Assembly: GCA_963699545.1 (NCBI GenBank)
Contig: CAVOUE010000003.1
Location: 128,001-192,000 of the forward strand
Direction of reading: 5' to 3'
Origin: Nitrospirota bacterium
GTDB taxonomy: Bacteria; Nitrospirota; Thermodesulfovibrionia; Thermodesulfovibrionales; UBA9159
DNA: 64,000 bases
This document shows positions 52,380-61,091 of the stretch, one piece after another. The stretch's first letter is position 1. The number at the start of each line of letters is the position of its first letter. The notes below the pieces were generated by a model. That model saw nothing but the letters and a program-made list of their open reading frames with translations. It did not search any database and was not told where the DNA came from. The translations under genes and the position numbers were made by a program.

Positions 52380-53579
52380 CTATTTATCAAGACTCTGATA
52401 ATACTTAATCAGAATTTCCGCCACCTCAGGACGTGAGAATTCTTTCGGCGGCGCAATACCCTTCCCTAACATTTCACGGACTTTTGTACCCGAAAGCAGA
52501 ACGAAATCTTCTTTTGTATGATCAGGCGCTTCACACATCATCACGACCTTGTTCAGTTTCTTCGAGTATGCAGTATGGTCTGCCTTGAAGATTTCGATTT
52601 TCAGCGCACCGGCAGGTACTTCATCGTCGAAGATTTTTTGCGCATCAAATGCACCGTAGTGATCACCCACACCCGCATGGTCACGACCAACAATGAAGTG
52701 AGTTGCGCCCATGTTTTGACGGAATATAGCGTGCAATACACCTTCCCGTGGTCCGGCATACAGCATATCGAAACCGTAACCAGTAATCATTGCACTGTTT
52801 TTTGGGAAGTACAGCTCAACCATTTTACGGATCGCAGCATCACGAACAGGTGCCGGGATATCTCCTTTTTTCAATTTACCAAGTAACATGTGAATAACCA
52901 GACCATCACAACCTAAACGCTTCATTGCCATGTGACAAAGTTCTTCGTGGGCCAGATGCATCGGGTTACGGGTCTGGAAAGCAACAACCTTACTCCAGCC
53001 GCGCTCAGTGATTTCGTTGCGAATTTCGACTGCTGTGCGGAACGTGTCCGGGAATTCATCCTGGAAGTAAGAGAAGTTTAATACTTTAATTGGACCTGAC
53101 AGACAAACTTTACCCTGAGCGTTGAATGCTTCAACACCTGGATGTGCTTCCCCAGCCCTGGGCCGGTAAACTTTTTCAGACATCAGCGCCATCTCTGCAT
53201 CGCTGAATTCTTCAACCGCGACAACATCCATAACTGCAAGGATTGGATTGCCTTCAACGTTCGGATCTTTCAGTGCAATGCGATTACCCGCCTTGATTGA
53301 GCCTGCATTGTTAACCAGGTTTAAAATCGGAGTAGGCCAGAACAAACCGGATGTTGTTTTCATATTTTTCGCAACAGACAGCGCATCAGCTTTATTCATG
53401 TAGCCTGTCAATGGATTGAAGTAACCGCCACCCAGCATAACTGCATTCGCTGCAGTAGCTGAGCTCACAACAATAGAAGCCAGACCTTCAGCTTCTTTCT
53501 GCAGGGTTTCATTCTCAGTCGTGTCATACACGAATAGTGGATTCAGTTTGTCTGAACCATGTGGTTTAATTAATGCCAT
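52380..53579 (-). CDS. sat: Sulfate adenylyltransferase (ATP sulfurylase)
   Basis: AFQTRNPMHLAH, YAGPREG, GRDHAG, SGTKVR. Confidence 0.97.
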   Translation of the reverse strand: MALIKPHGSDKLNPLFVYDTTENETLQKEAEGLASIVVSSATAANAVMLGGGYFNPLTGYMNKADALSVAKNMKTTSGLFWPTPILNLVNNAGSIKAGNRIALKDPNVEGNPILAVMDVVAVEEFSDAEMALMSEKVYRPRAGEAHPGVEAFNAQGKVCLSGPIKVLNFSYFQDEFPDTFRTAVEIRNEITERGWSKVVAFQTRNPMHLAHEELCHMAMKRLGCDGLVIHMLLGKLKKGDIPAPVRDAAIRKMVELYFPKNSAMITGYGFDMLYAGPREGVLHAIFRQNMGATHFIVGRDHAGVGDHYGAFDAQKIFDDEVPAGALKIEIFKADHTAYSKKLNKVVMMCEAPDHTKEDFVLLSGTKVREMLGKGIAPPKEFSRPEVAEILIKYYQSLDK

Positions 53580-53878
53580 TTTCCCCTCCTGTTAAGGTAT
53601 TTTTTGTAGGGCAATGCTGAACCCTTAATCCACAATGACCTTTTGCCTGATCCGCGCTTCCGGGCTCCATGAAGCCGCCTAAGAACGTTTTTTCAGAGAC
53701 CGTTCACGCGATGATGTTCGAAAGAGCACTATAAATTAATCGATGTCGGGATTTAATGCAATTTTAAAATTATAATTCAAAGATTAGTTTTCCTTATAAA
53801 AATTGACGAGGGACGGAAAAAGTCGACGGCAGGAGCCCAAGCCCCCGCCGTCGGACGGGAAAAACGCAATACCGCAGG

Positions 53879-54526
53879 CTATTTCAATCCCAGGGAATTA
53901 CAAACCGCCTTAAAGATATCATCGATGCTTCCTGTTCCGCTGACAGAACTTAATATCCCCTTCTTCTTGTAGTAATCGAAGAGAGGCGCCGTTTGTGAGC
54001 TGTACACATCGAGCCGCTTCTTGATCGTCTCTTCCTTGTCGTCATCCCTTTGGAATAATGCCCCCCCGCATTTATCACAGGTCCCCTCCTTCTTCGGAGA
54101 GTTGAAGTAGACGTTATACATCTGGCCACAGCCCTTGCAGGTCCTTCTGCCGGTAAGCCTCTTCATGAGGTCGTCAAGGGGAACATCAACGCTTAATGCG
54201 GCGGTCAGGGGCATCTTCAGCGTGTCAAGCATCGCATCCAGGGCTTCGGCCTGGGCCGTGTTCCTCGGGAAACCATCAAGGATATATCCTTTTTTGCAGT
54301 CATCCTGTTTCAGCCTCTCCCCGACCATACCAAGCACCACCCTGTCGGGAACAAGCTCCCCCTTGTCCATAAAAGATTTCGCCTCTTTGCCGAGGGAAGT
54401 TCCGGCCGCAACTGCTGCCCGCAGAAGGTCGCCGGTGGAGATTTGAGGAATTCCGTATTTTTCGATAAGTTTTTTCGCCTGAGTCCCCTTACCGGCACCT
54501 GGTGCGCCAAGTAGTACAAGTCTCAT
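53879..54526 (-). CDS. adk: Adenylate kinase (Zn-lid type)
   Basis: GAPGAGKGTQ, LDGFPR, CxxC...CxxC. Confidence 0.97.
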   Translation of the reverse strand: MRLVLLGAPGAGKGTQAKKLIEKYGIPQISTGDLLRAAVAAGTSLGKEAKSFMDKGELVPDRVVLGMVGERLKQDDCKKGYILDGFPRNTAQAEALDAMLDTLKMPLTAALSVDVPLDDLMKRLTGRRTCKGCGQMYNVYFNSPKKEGTCDKCGGALFQRDDDKEETIKKRLDVYSSQTAPLFDYYKKKGILSSVSGTGSIDDIFKAVCNSLGLK

Positions 54527-54695
54527 AATGCCTCCTTATATTAGGTTAAGATTTGGGTATTCGCGGAATGACAGTTACTTTATGACAACAATTGAACTTT
54601 TTTCAAGAAAAATGACTCGTCTTAACGATTAAATTCTCTTATCTTCCTATAATTTGATGATTCCAGGCGAACCATTGAGCAAAATCGCTCAGCCG

Positions 54696-55289
54696 TCATA
54701 AGGAAGAGAGATAGGCCCTCAACTTTCTCAATGCTGCACCCCGGTGACTCAATGCATCCTTTTCATCGGCGCTCATCTCCGCAAAGGTTGTGTTATGGCC
54801 CTTCGGGTAAAATACCGGGTCATAGCCAAAGCCACTGACACCTTTTGGTTCCATCCCTATCTTGCCTTCCGAAAAACCAAGAAAGGTCTTTACCCTGCCA
54901 TCAGGAAATGCAAGGGCCACGCAGCAGACAAAGCGTGCCCCCCTTTTGCCCTCTTCCACCCCCTGCAGTTCAGCGAGCAGTTTATCGAGGTTCTTTCTGT
55001 CATCGGCACCGACACCTGCATATCGCGCCGACCAGACACCCGGAGCGCCGTTCAGGGTGTATACCTCAAGGCCTGAATCATCGGCAATGGCCGGTTTTTT
55101 TGTGTATCGTGCCACCGCCTCCGCCTTTTTCACCGCGTTCCCTTCGAAGGTGCCTGCGTCTTCTTCCACATCGGGACACCCGGGGAAGTCATCAAGGGTG
55201 TAAAGCGCCACCGGAACGCCCTGCAGTATCCTCTTTATCTCCCCGACCTTCTTCTTGTTCCTTGTGGCGATCACAAGTTCACGTTCCAT
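54696..55289 (-). CDS. rdgB: XTP/dITP diphosphatase (Ham1 family)
   Basis: ATRNKKK, ADDSGL, FGYDPVF, SHRG. Confidence 0.93.
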   Translation of the reverse strand: MERELVIATRNKKKVGEIKRILQGVPVALYTLDDFPGCPDVEEDAGTFEGNAVKKAEAVARYTKKPAIADDSGLEVYTLNGAPGVWSARYAGVGADDRKNLDKLLAELQGVEEGKRGARFVCCVALAFPDGRVKTFLGFSEGKIGMEPKGVSGFGYDPVFYPKGHNTTFAEMSADEKDALSHRGAALRKLRAYLSSL

Positions 55290-55464
55290 GGTACCCCCGT
55301 GTTCATCATATCCGCCGCAACAGCCCTCATAAGATACCCGACTCCAGCGCAAAGGTAAACGAAAAAATTCATGCTGCAGTTGCTTTTCCCGTAACAAAAT
55401 CTGATACTATAGACCGTGCTGGAGCACTGCTGCATACGGAGAAGTCTTCATTTTCTGAGGAGAT

Positions 55465-55785
55465 ATGATGTTGCCGGAACTGAAATATGACGAAAAAGGA
55501 TTGATCCCGGCCATAGTCCAGGATATTGACAACGGCGAGGTACTGATGATGGCGTACATGAATGAATCGTCACTTAAAATGACCATGGAGACGGGATATA
55601 CTCATTTCTGGTCCCGCTCGCGGCAGAAATACTGGAAAAAAGGCGAAACCTCCGGCTGTGTGCAGGAGGTGAGAGAGATATGCTATGACTGCGACTCTGA
55701 CACTCTCTTGATCAAGGTGAAACAGCACGGCGCCGGCGCGTGTCATACAGGGACCAGGACGTGCTTTTTTAGAAAGATAGAATAG
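55465..55785 (+). CDS. hisI: Phosphoribosyl-AMP cyclohydrolase
   Basis: [26 protein letters not shown]. Confidence 0.95.
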   Translation: MMLPELKYDEKGLIPAIVQDIDNGEVLMMAYMNESSLKMTMETGYTHFWSRSRQKYWKKGETSGCVQEVREICYDCDSDTLLIKVKQHGAGACHTGTRTCFFRKIE

Positions 55786-55860
55786 CAGCTGAGAGATGGA
55801 CTCAAGACGACTCAGACCAGATTACTCATAAAGATTAGTCATAAAGAAATTAATAAATGA

Positions 55861-56015
55861 GGGGCTCGACCGGTCTGAGGCAAGATACCCCGGGTTATTG
55901 GTGCGGCCGGTTATGAGGCCGCATGAGTTCAGTTATTCACAGACCGTACATAGGTTCCCTTTGATAGGAAGAGGCACAGAGGCCTATTGTATATTGCCTC
56001 AGACCGGGTGAGGCC
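55861..56015. ncRNA. Candidate structured RNA or MITE-like element, family unknown
   Basis: 18/19-bp inverted repeat (55870-55888 / 55989-56007) enclosing internal hairpins. Confidence 0.4.
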
Positions 56016-56045
56016 TGGATCGAAAAGAAACATACGGAGGATTTA

Positions 56046-56393
56046 GTGACTGATTGTATTTTCTGTAAGATCATCGAGAAGAAGATACCTTCGAAGCTCG
56101 TTTACGAAGACGACCTCGCCATTGCCTTTGAAGACATCAACCCCCAGGCCCCGGTCCACACCCTCGTGATACCCAAAAAGCATATCCCTACGGTCCTTGA
56201 CCTGAAGGAGGGGGACGACGATCATCTTATCGGCCATCTCTTTAAGATCGCAAATAAGATTGCGCAAGATAAGGGTATCGCCGACAGGGGGTTCAGGCTG
56301 GTAACGAACTGCAACCCGGAAAGCGGCCAGACGGTCTATCATGTCCACCTTCATGTGCTGGGCGGACGGGGAATGCACTGGCCGCCGGGCTAG
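56046..56393 (+). CDS. HIT-family (Hint) nucleotide-binding protein
   Basis: CIFC, PQAPVH, HVHLHVLGG, WPPG. Confidence 0.95.
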   Translation: MTDCIFCKIIEKKIPSKLVYEDDLAIAFEDINPQAPVHTLVIPKKHIPTVLDLKEGDDDHLIGHLFKIANKIAQDKGIADRGFRLVTNCNPESGQTVYHVHLHVLGGRGMHWPPG

Positions 56394-56401
56394 AACCGAA
56401 G

Positions 56402-56932
56402 TTATGCGGGATCAGCCTCCACATCCAGGGTGATCCGGACTTCTCTGCCGACCACAACGCCTCCTTTTTCAAGGCTAGCCACATTCCACAGTATCCCGTA
56501 ATCTTCACGGTTGATTTCGGCAACAGCCGTAAAGCCGAGGCACGTCTCGCCCTCCTCAGTGCCCTTTACCGGACCCACATACTCTGCATCGAAGCTCACG
56601 GAGCGGGTTACCCCATGAAGGGTCAGATTGCCGGTGAGGCTGAACCGTTTGCCGCCGACGGCATTGACTTTGGCACTCCTGAAGAAGATCTTCGGATATT
56701 GTGCGACATCGAAAAAATCAGGGCTGCGGAGATGCTCGTCACGTTTTTGGATCCCGGTCCAAATGCCTTCGGTCTCTATTTCCACTTCCACCGATGAATG
56801 TGCAATATCGGCAGGATCAAACTGGATCGCGCCCGAAAGTTTATTGAACTGCCCACGCACGTTCGAAACCATCATGTGCCGCACGGTAAATGCCGCCACG
56901 GAGTGGTCCGGATCGATAATCCACTTCGCCAT
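56402..56932 (-). CDS. YceI-family protein
   Basis: WIIDPDHS, RDEHLRSPDFFD, GNLTLHG. Confidence 0.92.
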   Translation of the reverse strand: MAKWIIDPDHSVAAFTVRHMMVSNVRGQFNKLSGAIQFDPADIAHSSVEVEIETEGIWTGIQKRDEHLRSPDFFDVAQYPKIFFRSAKVNAVGGKRFSLTGNLTLHGVTRSVSFDAEYVGPVKGTEEGETCLGFTAVAEINREDYGILWNVASLEKGGVVVGREVRITLDVEADPA

Positions 56933-57037
56933 TGTTATCCCCTCCTTAGGAAAAAAATGACCTTTTACCCTCATTGTATCAGACAAAAAAGAGATTGCAA
57001 TGGCAGGGAGAAGAGCAAGCAACAGGTATCGGTAGGG

Positions 57038-57586
57038 CTATATTTGTATTCTGGGTCTGGGTACTTGTTCACCTGTGAGAAGCTCCTGTAGCATCTCTAT
57101 CGGGTAAAGATGTCTGCTCCCCCTCATGAGGCTTCTGTTTATGTCCTTGTTGACCGCAAGAATCCGTGTTTTTTCGATACCCTCGTACCGCTGGATAATA
57201 AGGTACTCAGCTTCAAAGGCAAGCTGGGTCATAGCTCCCAAAACCGTCTTGCTTGCAGTCTTCGCAAACCCCATCTCCGTGTACTCAGTCATAACCCTGT
57301 TTATGACCTCAAGGGGAAATCCCTCTGCCTGTAAATTCATGTTCAGGTGAAACAGGAACTCATCTATGATGTTTGTAAGGTTCTCCTTCTTCACCTTGGG
57401 GATAAGAAAACTGTAAAGGGTTTTCTCATTCGTAAACAGGATGCACTTCCTGCGGTCAATCCGTAGGAGGTTGGCGTACCAGTTACCGAGACATTGTGTG
57501 TCGGGTTCATAGGCAGGAGTCTGAAGGGGAGGGTTTCCGAGTTCCTTGAGGAGCTTTTGGGTGCAGTGGAGGAGTGTCATTTTCAA
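57038..57586 (-). CDS. DUF6933-like protein
   Basis: CTQKLL...LGNWYANLL...RKCILFTNEKT; family recalled, not searched. Confidence 0.6.
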   Translation of the reverse strand: MKMTLLHCTQKLLKELGNPPLQTPAYEPDTQCLGNWYANLLRIDRRKCILFTNEKTLYSFLIPKVKKENLTNIIDEFLFHLNMNLQAEGFPLEVINRVMTEYTEMGFAKTASKTVLGAMTQLAFEAEYLIIQRYEGIEKTRILAVNKDINRSLMRGSRHLYPIEMLQELLTGEQVPRPRIQI

Positions 57587-57588
57587 GG

Positions 57589-58284
57589 CTATTCACGCAA
57601 AATATTTCCACATTTGGAGCAATAATATGCGTCTTCGTCATTTTGAGTTCCGCACTTTTCACAGAGGGATGGTATTATTTTGTTCCCGCATTGGCTGCAA
57701 AATACTGCTCCCTTACCAATGATTTTCCCACATGTCGGACATAAGTCATCTCTTATCTTAAAGCCGCAATAAGTGCATACAATCTTGTGCGATAGGAGCA
57801 TCGCTTTGCATTTTGGACACCAGATAAATACGTCAGACCCATCATCTTCAACATCTTTATCTGGAATTCCCTGCTTATGTACATTCTCGCTCTGTTCTTC
57901 CGTTTTCTCTCTGCTTAATTCAATTTTAGGTTCAGAGTGGCGTGTTTCACGAACATAAAATATTGAAACCATAAATAAGACACTTGCAACAATATCTATA
58001 ACAGCCCATGTCTCTCTATCAAAACGAAAAGGTATTATGGGATTAAAGATAAGAGCAACTACTCCGAATACAATTTGCACCCCTTTCTTAGACTGATTAG
58101 AGGCAAGGGATACAGTATAAGCTCCAACTCCAAAGGTTATCACCCGTAGGAAAAAGTAGTATCCATAGGGGAGCGGTGTAAGAGCTAATAACAGCATCGC
58201 TGAAACAACACCTCTTAGAATTATTGATGGCGGGAGTTCTGTGAGCTTCATAGGGTATCTCTCATAATGAATGCACTGAGTCAA
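57589..58284 (-). CDS. Membrane protein (DUF6804-like) with C-terminal zinc ribbons
   Basis: PYGYYFFLR, FNPIIP, WAVID; six CxxC motifs. Confidence 0.7.
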   Translation of the reverse strand: MTQCIHYERYPMKLTELPPSIILRGVVSAMLLLALTPLPYGYYFFLRVITFGVGAYTVSLASNQSKKGVQIVFGVVALIFNPIIPFRFDRETWAVIDIVASVLFMVSIFYVRETRHSEPKIELSREKTEEQSENVHKQGIPDKDVEDDGSDVFIWCPKCKAMLLSHKIVCTYCGFKIRDDLCPTCGKIIGKGAVFCSQCGNKIIPSLCEKCGTQNDEDAYYCSKCGNILRE

Positions 58285-58466
58285 CCATCCTTCGGTAACA
58301 TTTTCCTATGAGGCAACTGGTCATAAAAACTTCGGCTCACGGTAATCGGAATAGGCTTCGCACCTGCTTTTCTTCTTGCAAGATGCCTCACAGCCTTCAA
58401 TGTACTGATAATGTCCTCCTGCTGGGCACCATATTTTGTCTGTTTTTTTACTTTCAATATTGGCAT
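58281..58466 (-). CDS. Small hypothetical protein
   Basis: ATGA overlap with next gene; AAGG RBS. Confidence 0.35.
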   Translation of the reverse strand: MPILKVKKQTKYGAQQEDIISTLKAVRHLARRKAGAKPIPITVSRSFYDQLPHRKMLPKDG

Positions 58467-58536
58467 CCTTGGTCAGTGGCTTATCGAGTTTCTTTACCAT
58501 TTGTTTTGTCTGTCCTATATCCTGAAAGCGGGGAAA

Positions 58537-59073
58537 TTAGCTATATTTGGTTTCACGATATTTCCCCGTCAGTCTAAAAAATATTTTTTCGATACGATAA
58601 GTGATAAAACCGAGCTTATGCTTATATATACGAAATCTGATTCTTTCTGTTCTCCCCTTGGTAGATTTAAACTTATACTGCCGAAAGAAATAAAAAACTA
58701 TATCTTCACCGTAATCAGGGTCACTGAGAATGCTGTCCTCTTTTGCTACTGCCTCGATGACTGTTGGCACATGAGCGTTTAGCGTTCTCTCTTTAGATGT
58801 GATTTCGAACTTAATTCTCTTAGCTTTCATCTTTGGATTTAAGCCAGTCAAAACTATTTCTTTGTCTAAAGAGGTTACTTGAGAACCTAGATTTTCAACT
58901 TCGAAACTTACGCTATATTTGTTGTCGCTAAAATGTTCTTTCAATAATTCAATCCTCAAGCGTATGCGATTTTTCCAGCGGTCCCAAACAAACAAAATTC
59001 CGCCAGACCCACCAATCAGATAAAGAATTCGTAAGGGGTCGGCTAAAAAATAATCAAAAAGCTTGCTAAACAT
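58537..59073 (-). CDS. Hypothetical protein with N-terminal membrane anchor
   Basis: 178-aa AT-rich ORF. Confidence 0.6.
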   Translation of the reverse strand: MFSKLFDYFLADPLRILYLIGGSGGILFVWDRWKNRIRLRIELLKEHFSDNKYSVSFEVENLGSQVTSLDKEIVLTGLNPKMKAKRIKFEITSKERTLNAHVPTVIEAVAKEDSILSDPDYGEDIVFYFFRQYKFKSTKGRTERIRFRIYKHKLGFITYRIEKIFFRLTGKYRETKYS

Positions 59074-59505
59074 ATTTTAATCGTCCATTCATCAAGTTTT
59101 GTATCCCGTATGGATATAAAATACTTCTCGATAATGGAAAGGTCAAGGACTCATGGCATTGACTAAGAAAATTTTGCCGAAAACTCAGCATTGACCTTGT
59201 GGCTCGGTGCGATATGCACATGTAACATTTAATTAGGAGGTAGCTAGAATTGCCCTGCAGAATGGGTCCAAATCGAGTTTAAGAGGGGGACAGGCGAATG
59301 GCGAAGCTCGGATATGGGTGGGGAGGCTAGAAGGCTTAGAATGGATTTGAATCGGGGAAGCTCAAATCAGTATTTTGCGGTTCTTTCGTTGGGGACTGAT
59401 TCAGGGACAATCTGGGGGGGAATCCGAAAGTGGACTGTTCACGGTTTGTTCACGGTATTTTTGAAGATTTCAGGGGGATAACATATTAACGTAAAAAGAA
59501 AGAAA

Positions 59506-59591
59506 TGGTGCCGAAGGCGGGATTTGAACCCGCACGGGTTACCCCACACGCCCCTCAAACGTGCGTGTCTACCAGGTTCCACCACTTCGGC
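59506..59591 (-). tRNA. tRNA-Leu(GAG)
   Basis: GCCGAAGTGGTGGAA...CACGT-TT-GAG-GG-GCGTG, long variable arm, GGTTCAAATCC, CCA. Confidence 0.95.
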
Positions 59592-59678
59592 ATACTGGAT
59601 GATACTATAAAAAAACCGTTGATTTCAACACGCGTGTCCCGGACGAGGGGAAAACGGTCCTCGGAATATCCGCTTATT

Positions 59679-60761
59679 TCAAAAACCCGGATATAGCCTT
59701 GCCTTGCATTCGGGACAGATGCTGTGGCTGAAGTCAGCGTCGGTTCGCTCACGCACGTATGCTTCTATCTGCTGCCAGTGCCCTTTGTCATCACGGATCT
59801 TTTTGCACGAAGCGCAGATGGGCAGCAGGCCACTTAATGACCTGATATTGGCGAGGGCTTCATGAAGCTCGGCAACCATCTTCTCCCGTTCTTCCGCCAG
59901 GGTCCTGAATTGTTCCTCGGACTCCTTCAAAGCCGTCTCCATCTGCTTGCGCCCGGTGATGTCTCTCACGGCCTCGATCCCGGCTATGATCTCCCCCTTC
60001 GCATCCCTCAGCGGGGACGAAATGATCTCGTAGTAGAACGTCCCTTTCTCCGTCTTTCGGGACTGTTCCTTCTTGTGGATCTTCCCGTCGTCAAAGGACA
60101 TGGCGACGTGACATCCATCGCAGACATGATCCTTTTTCTGATACCCCTGGTAACAATACTCCCCAATATGATCTCCCACCAGCTCCCTGTGGATCCGGTT
60201 CTGGTACAAGACCCGGAAGTTCCTGTCCTGAATGCTTATCCCATCTCCCATAGCCGCGATGATAGCCTCGGACCTGGCCTTCTCGTCCGCTGCCTTCCTG
60301 AAGGCGAACCTCAGGCGTTCTTCCATCTGCTTTCGTTCAGTGATGTCCAGGAGTGTTCCGATGATGGCGGGCCTGCCGTCAATGTGGGTAAGGGTCCCGT
60401 GCACTTCGAAATCGACGGGGAGACCATCCTTTCGTTTTCCCCGTACTGTATAGTGTACGCTGTCGGTCTCGCCCTGGATGCGTCTTCGGATGTTCTCCTC
60501 CACCAGGGGGCGGTCGCTCTCGTGAATGAGCTCCAATACAGACCCCAGGGAGAGGAGTTCCTGCTGTGGATAACCGAAGATATCCTCGCACTTCGGATTT
60601 GCATAGCGCACCTTGCCGTCCTGGAGGATGTATATGCCGACAAGAGACTGCTCGACAAGGCTGCGGAACTTCTCTTCTGATTCCCTGAGACGCACGCATT
60701 CGCCCCGCGCGTTCTTCAGTTCCTCAATGAGCTGGTCTCTGGTTTTCTCTTTGTCATTCAT
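59679..60761 (-). CDS. Two-PAS protein with C-terminal Cys/His module
   Basis: Two PAS-PAC units (DITERK, DITGRK); LPICASCKKIRD...HSICPEC. Confidence 0.88.
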   Translation of the reverse strand: MNDKEKTRDQLIEELKNARGECVRLRESEEKFRSLVEQSLVGIYILQDGKVRYANPKCEDIFGYPQQELLSLGSVLELIHESDRPLVEENIRRRIQGETDSVHYTVRGKRKDGLPVDFEVHGTLTHIDGRPAIIGTLLDITERKQMEERLRFAFRKAADEKARSEAIIAAMGDGISIQDRNFRVLYQNRIHRELVGDHIGEYCYQGYQKKDHVCDGCHVAMSFDDGKIHKKEQSRKTEKGTFYYEIISSPLRDAKGEIIAGIEAVRDITGRKQMETALKESEEQFRTLAEEREKMVAELHEALANIRSLSGLLPICASCKKIRDDKGHWQQIEAYVRERTDADFSHSICPECKARLYPGF

Positions 60762-60943
60762 CTTTGAATTTGCCGCAACCACGCGGAGCACGGCGTTGCG
60801 TGGTGCATCAGCGCTTAGATTATAACCTAATTTGTTTCTAACTTCTATTATTTGGAACCGATCCCCTGATGACGAGGGGGATCGCCGGATACGCGTGTTT
60901 CTTTTTAATTCTCCCGCCCTTTGGTATAATATTGCGCATATCT

Positions 60944-61033
60944 GGAGGGGTGGCCGAGCGGTTGAAGGCGACGGTCTTGAAAATCGTTGTAGGGGTAACT
61001 CTACCGTGAGTTCGAATCTCACCCCCTCCGCCA
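60944..61033 (+). tRNA. tRNA-Ser(TGA)
   Basis: GGAGGGGTGGCCGAGCGG...ACGGT-CT-TGA-AA-ATCGT, variable arm, GTTCGAATC, GCCA. Confidence 0.96.
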
Positions 61034-61091
61034 CTTATTCCTTAACAATCAAGGAGCAGCTTCTTTCCACTTTACCGACAGCGGGGATGCC

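Larger units (their letters stand above)
57038..59505. mobile_element. AT-rich genomic islet at the tRNA-Leu 3' end, no integrase seen
   Basis: Composition shift, orphan ORFs, TGTTCACGGT direct repeats at 59436 and 59447. Confidence 0.6.

Noticed and set aside
60859-60884. Hairpin containing CTGATGA as a hammerhead ribozyme or fluoride riboswitch
   Set aside because: The GAAA core and the GGCGATGG...CC elements are missing
60762-61034. ORF extension MAEGVRFELT... and ORF 59505..59696 MVPKAGFEP...
   Set aside because: Both are translations of tRNA reverse complements
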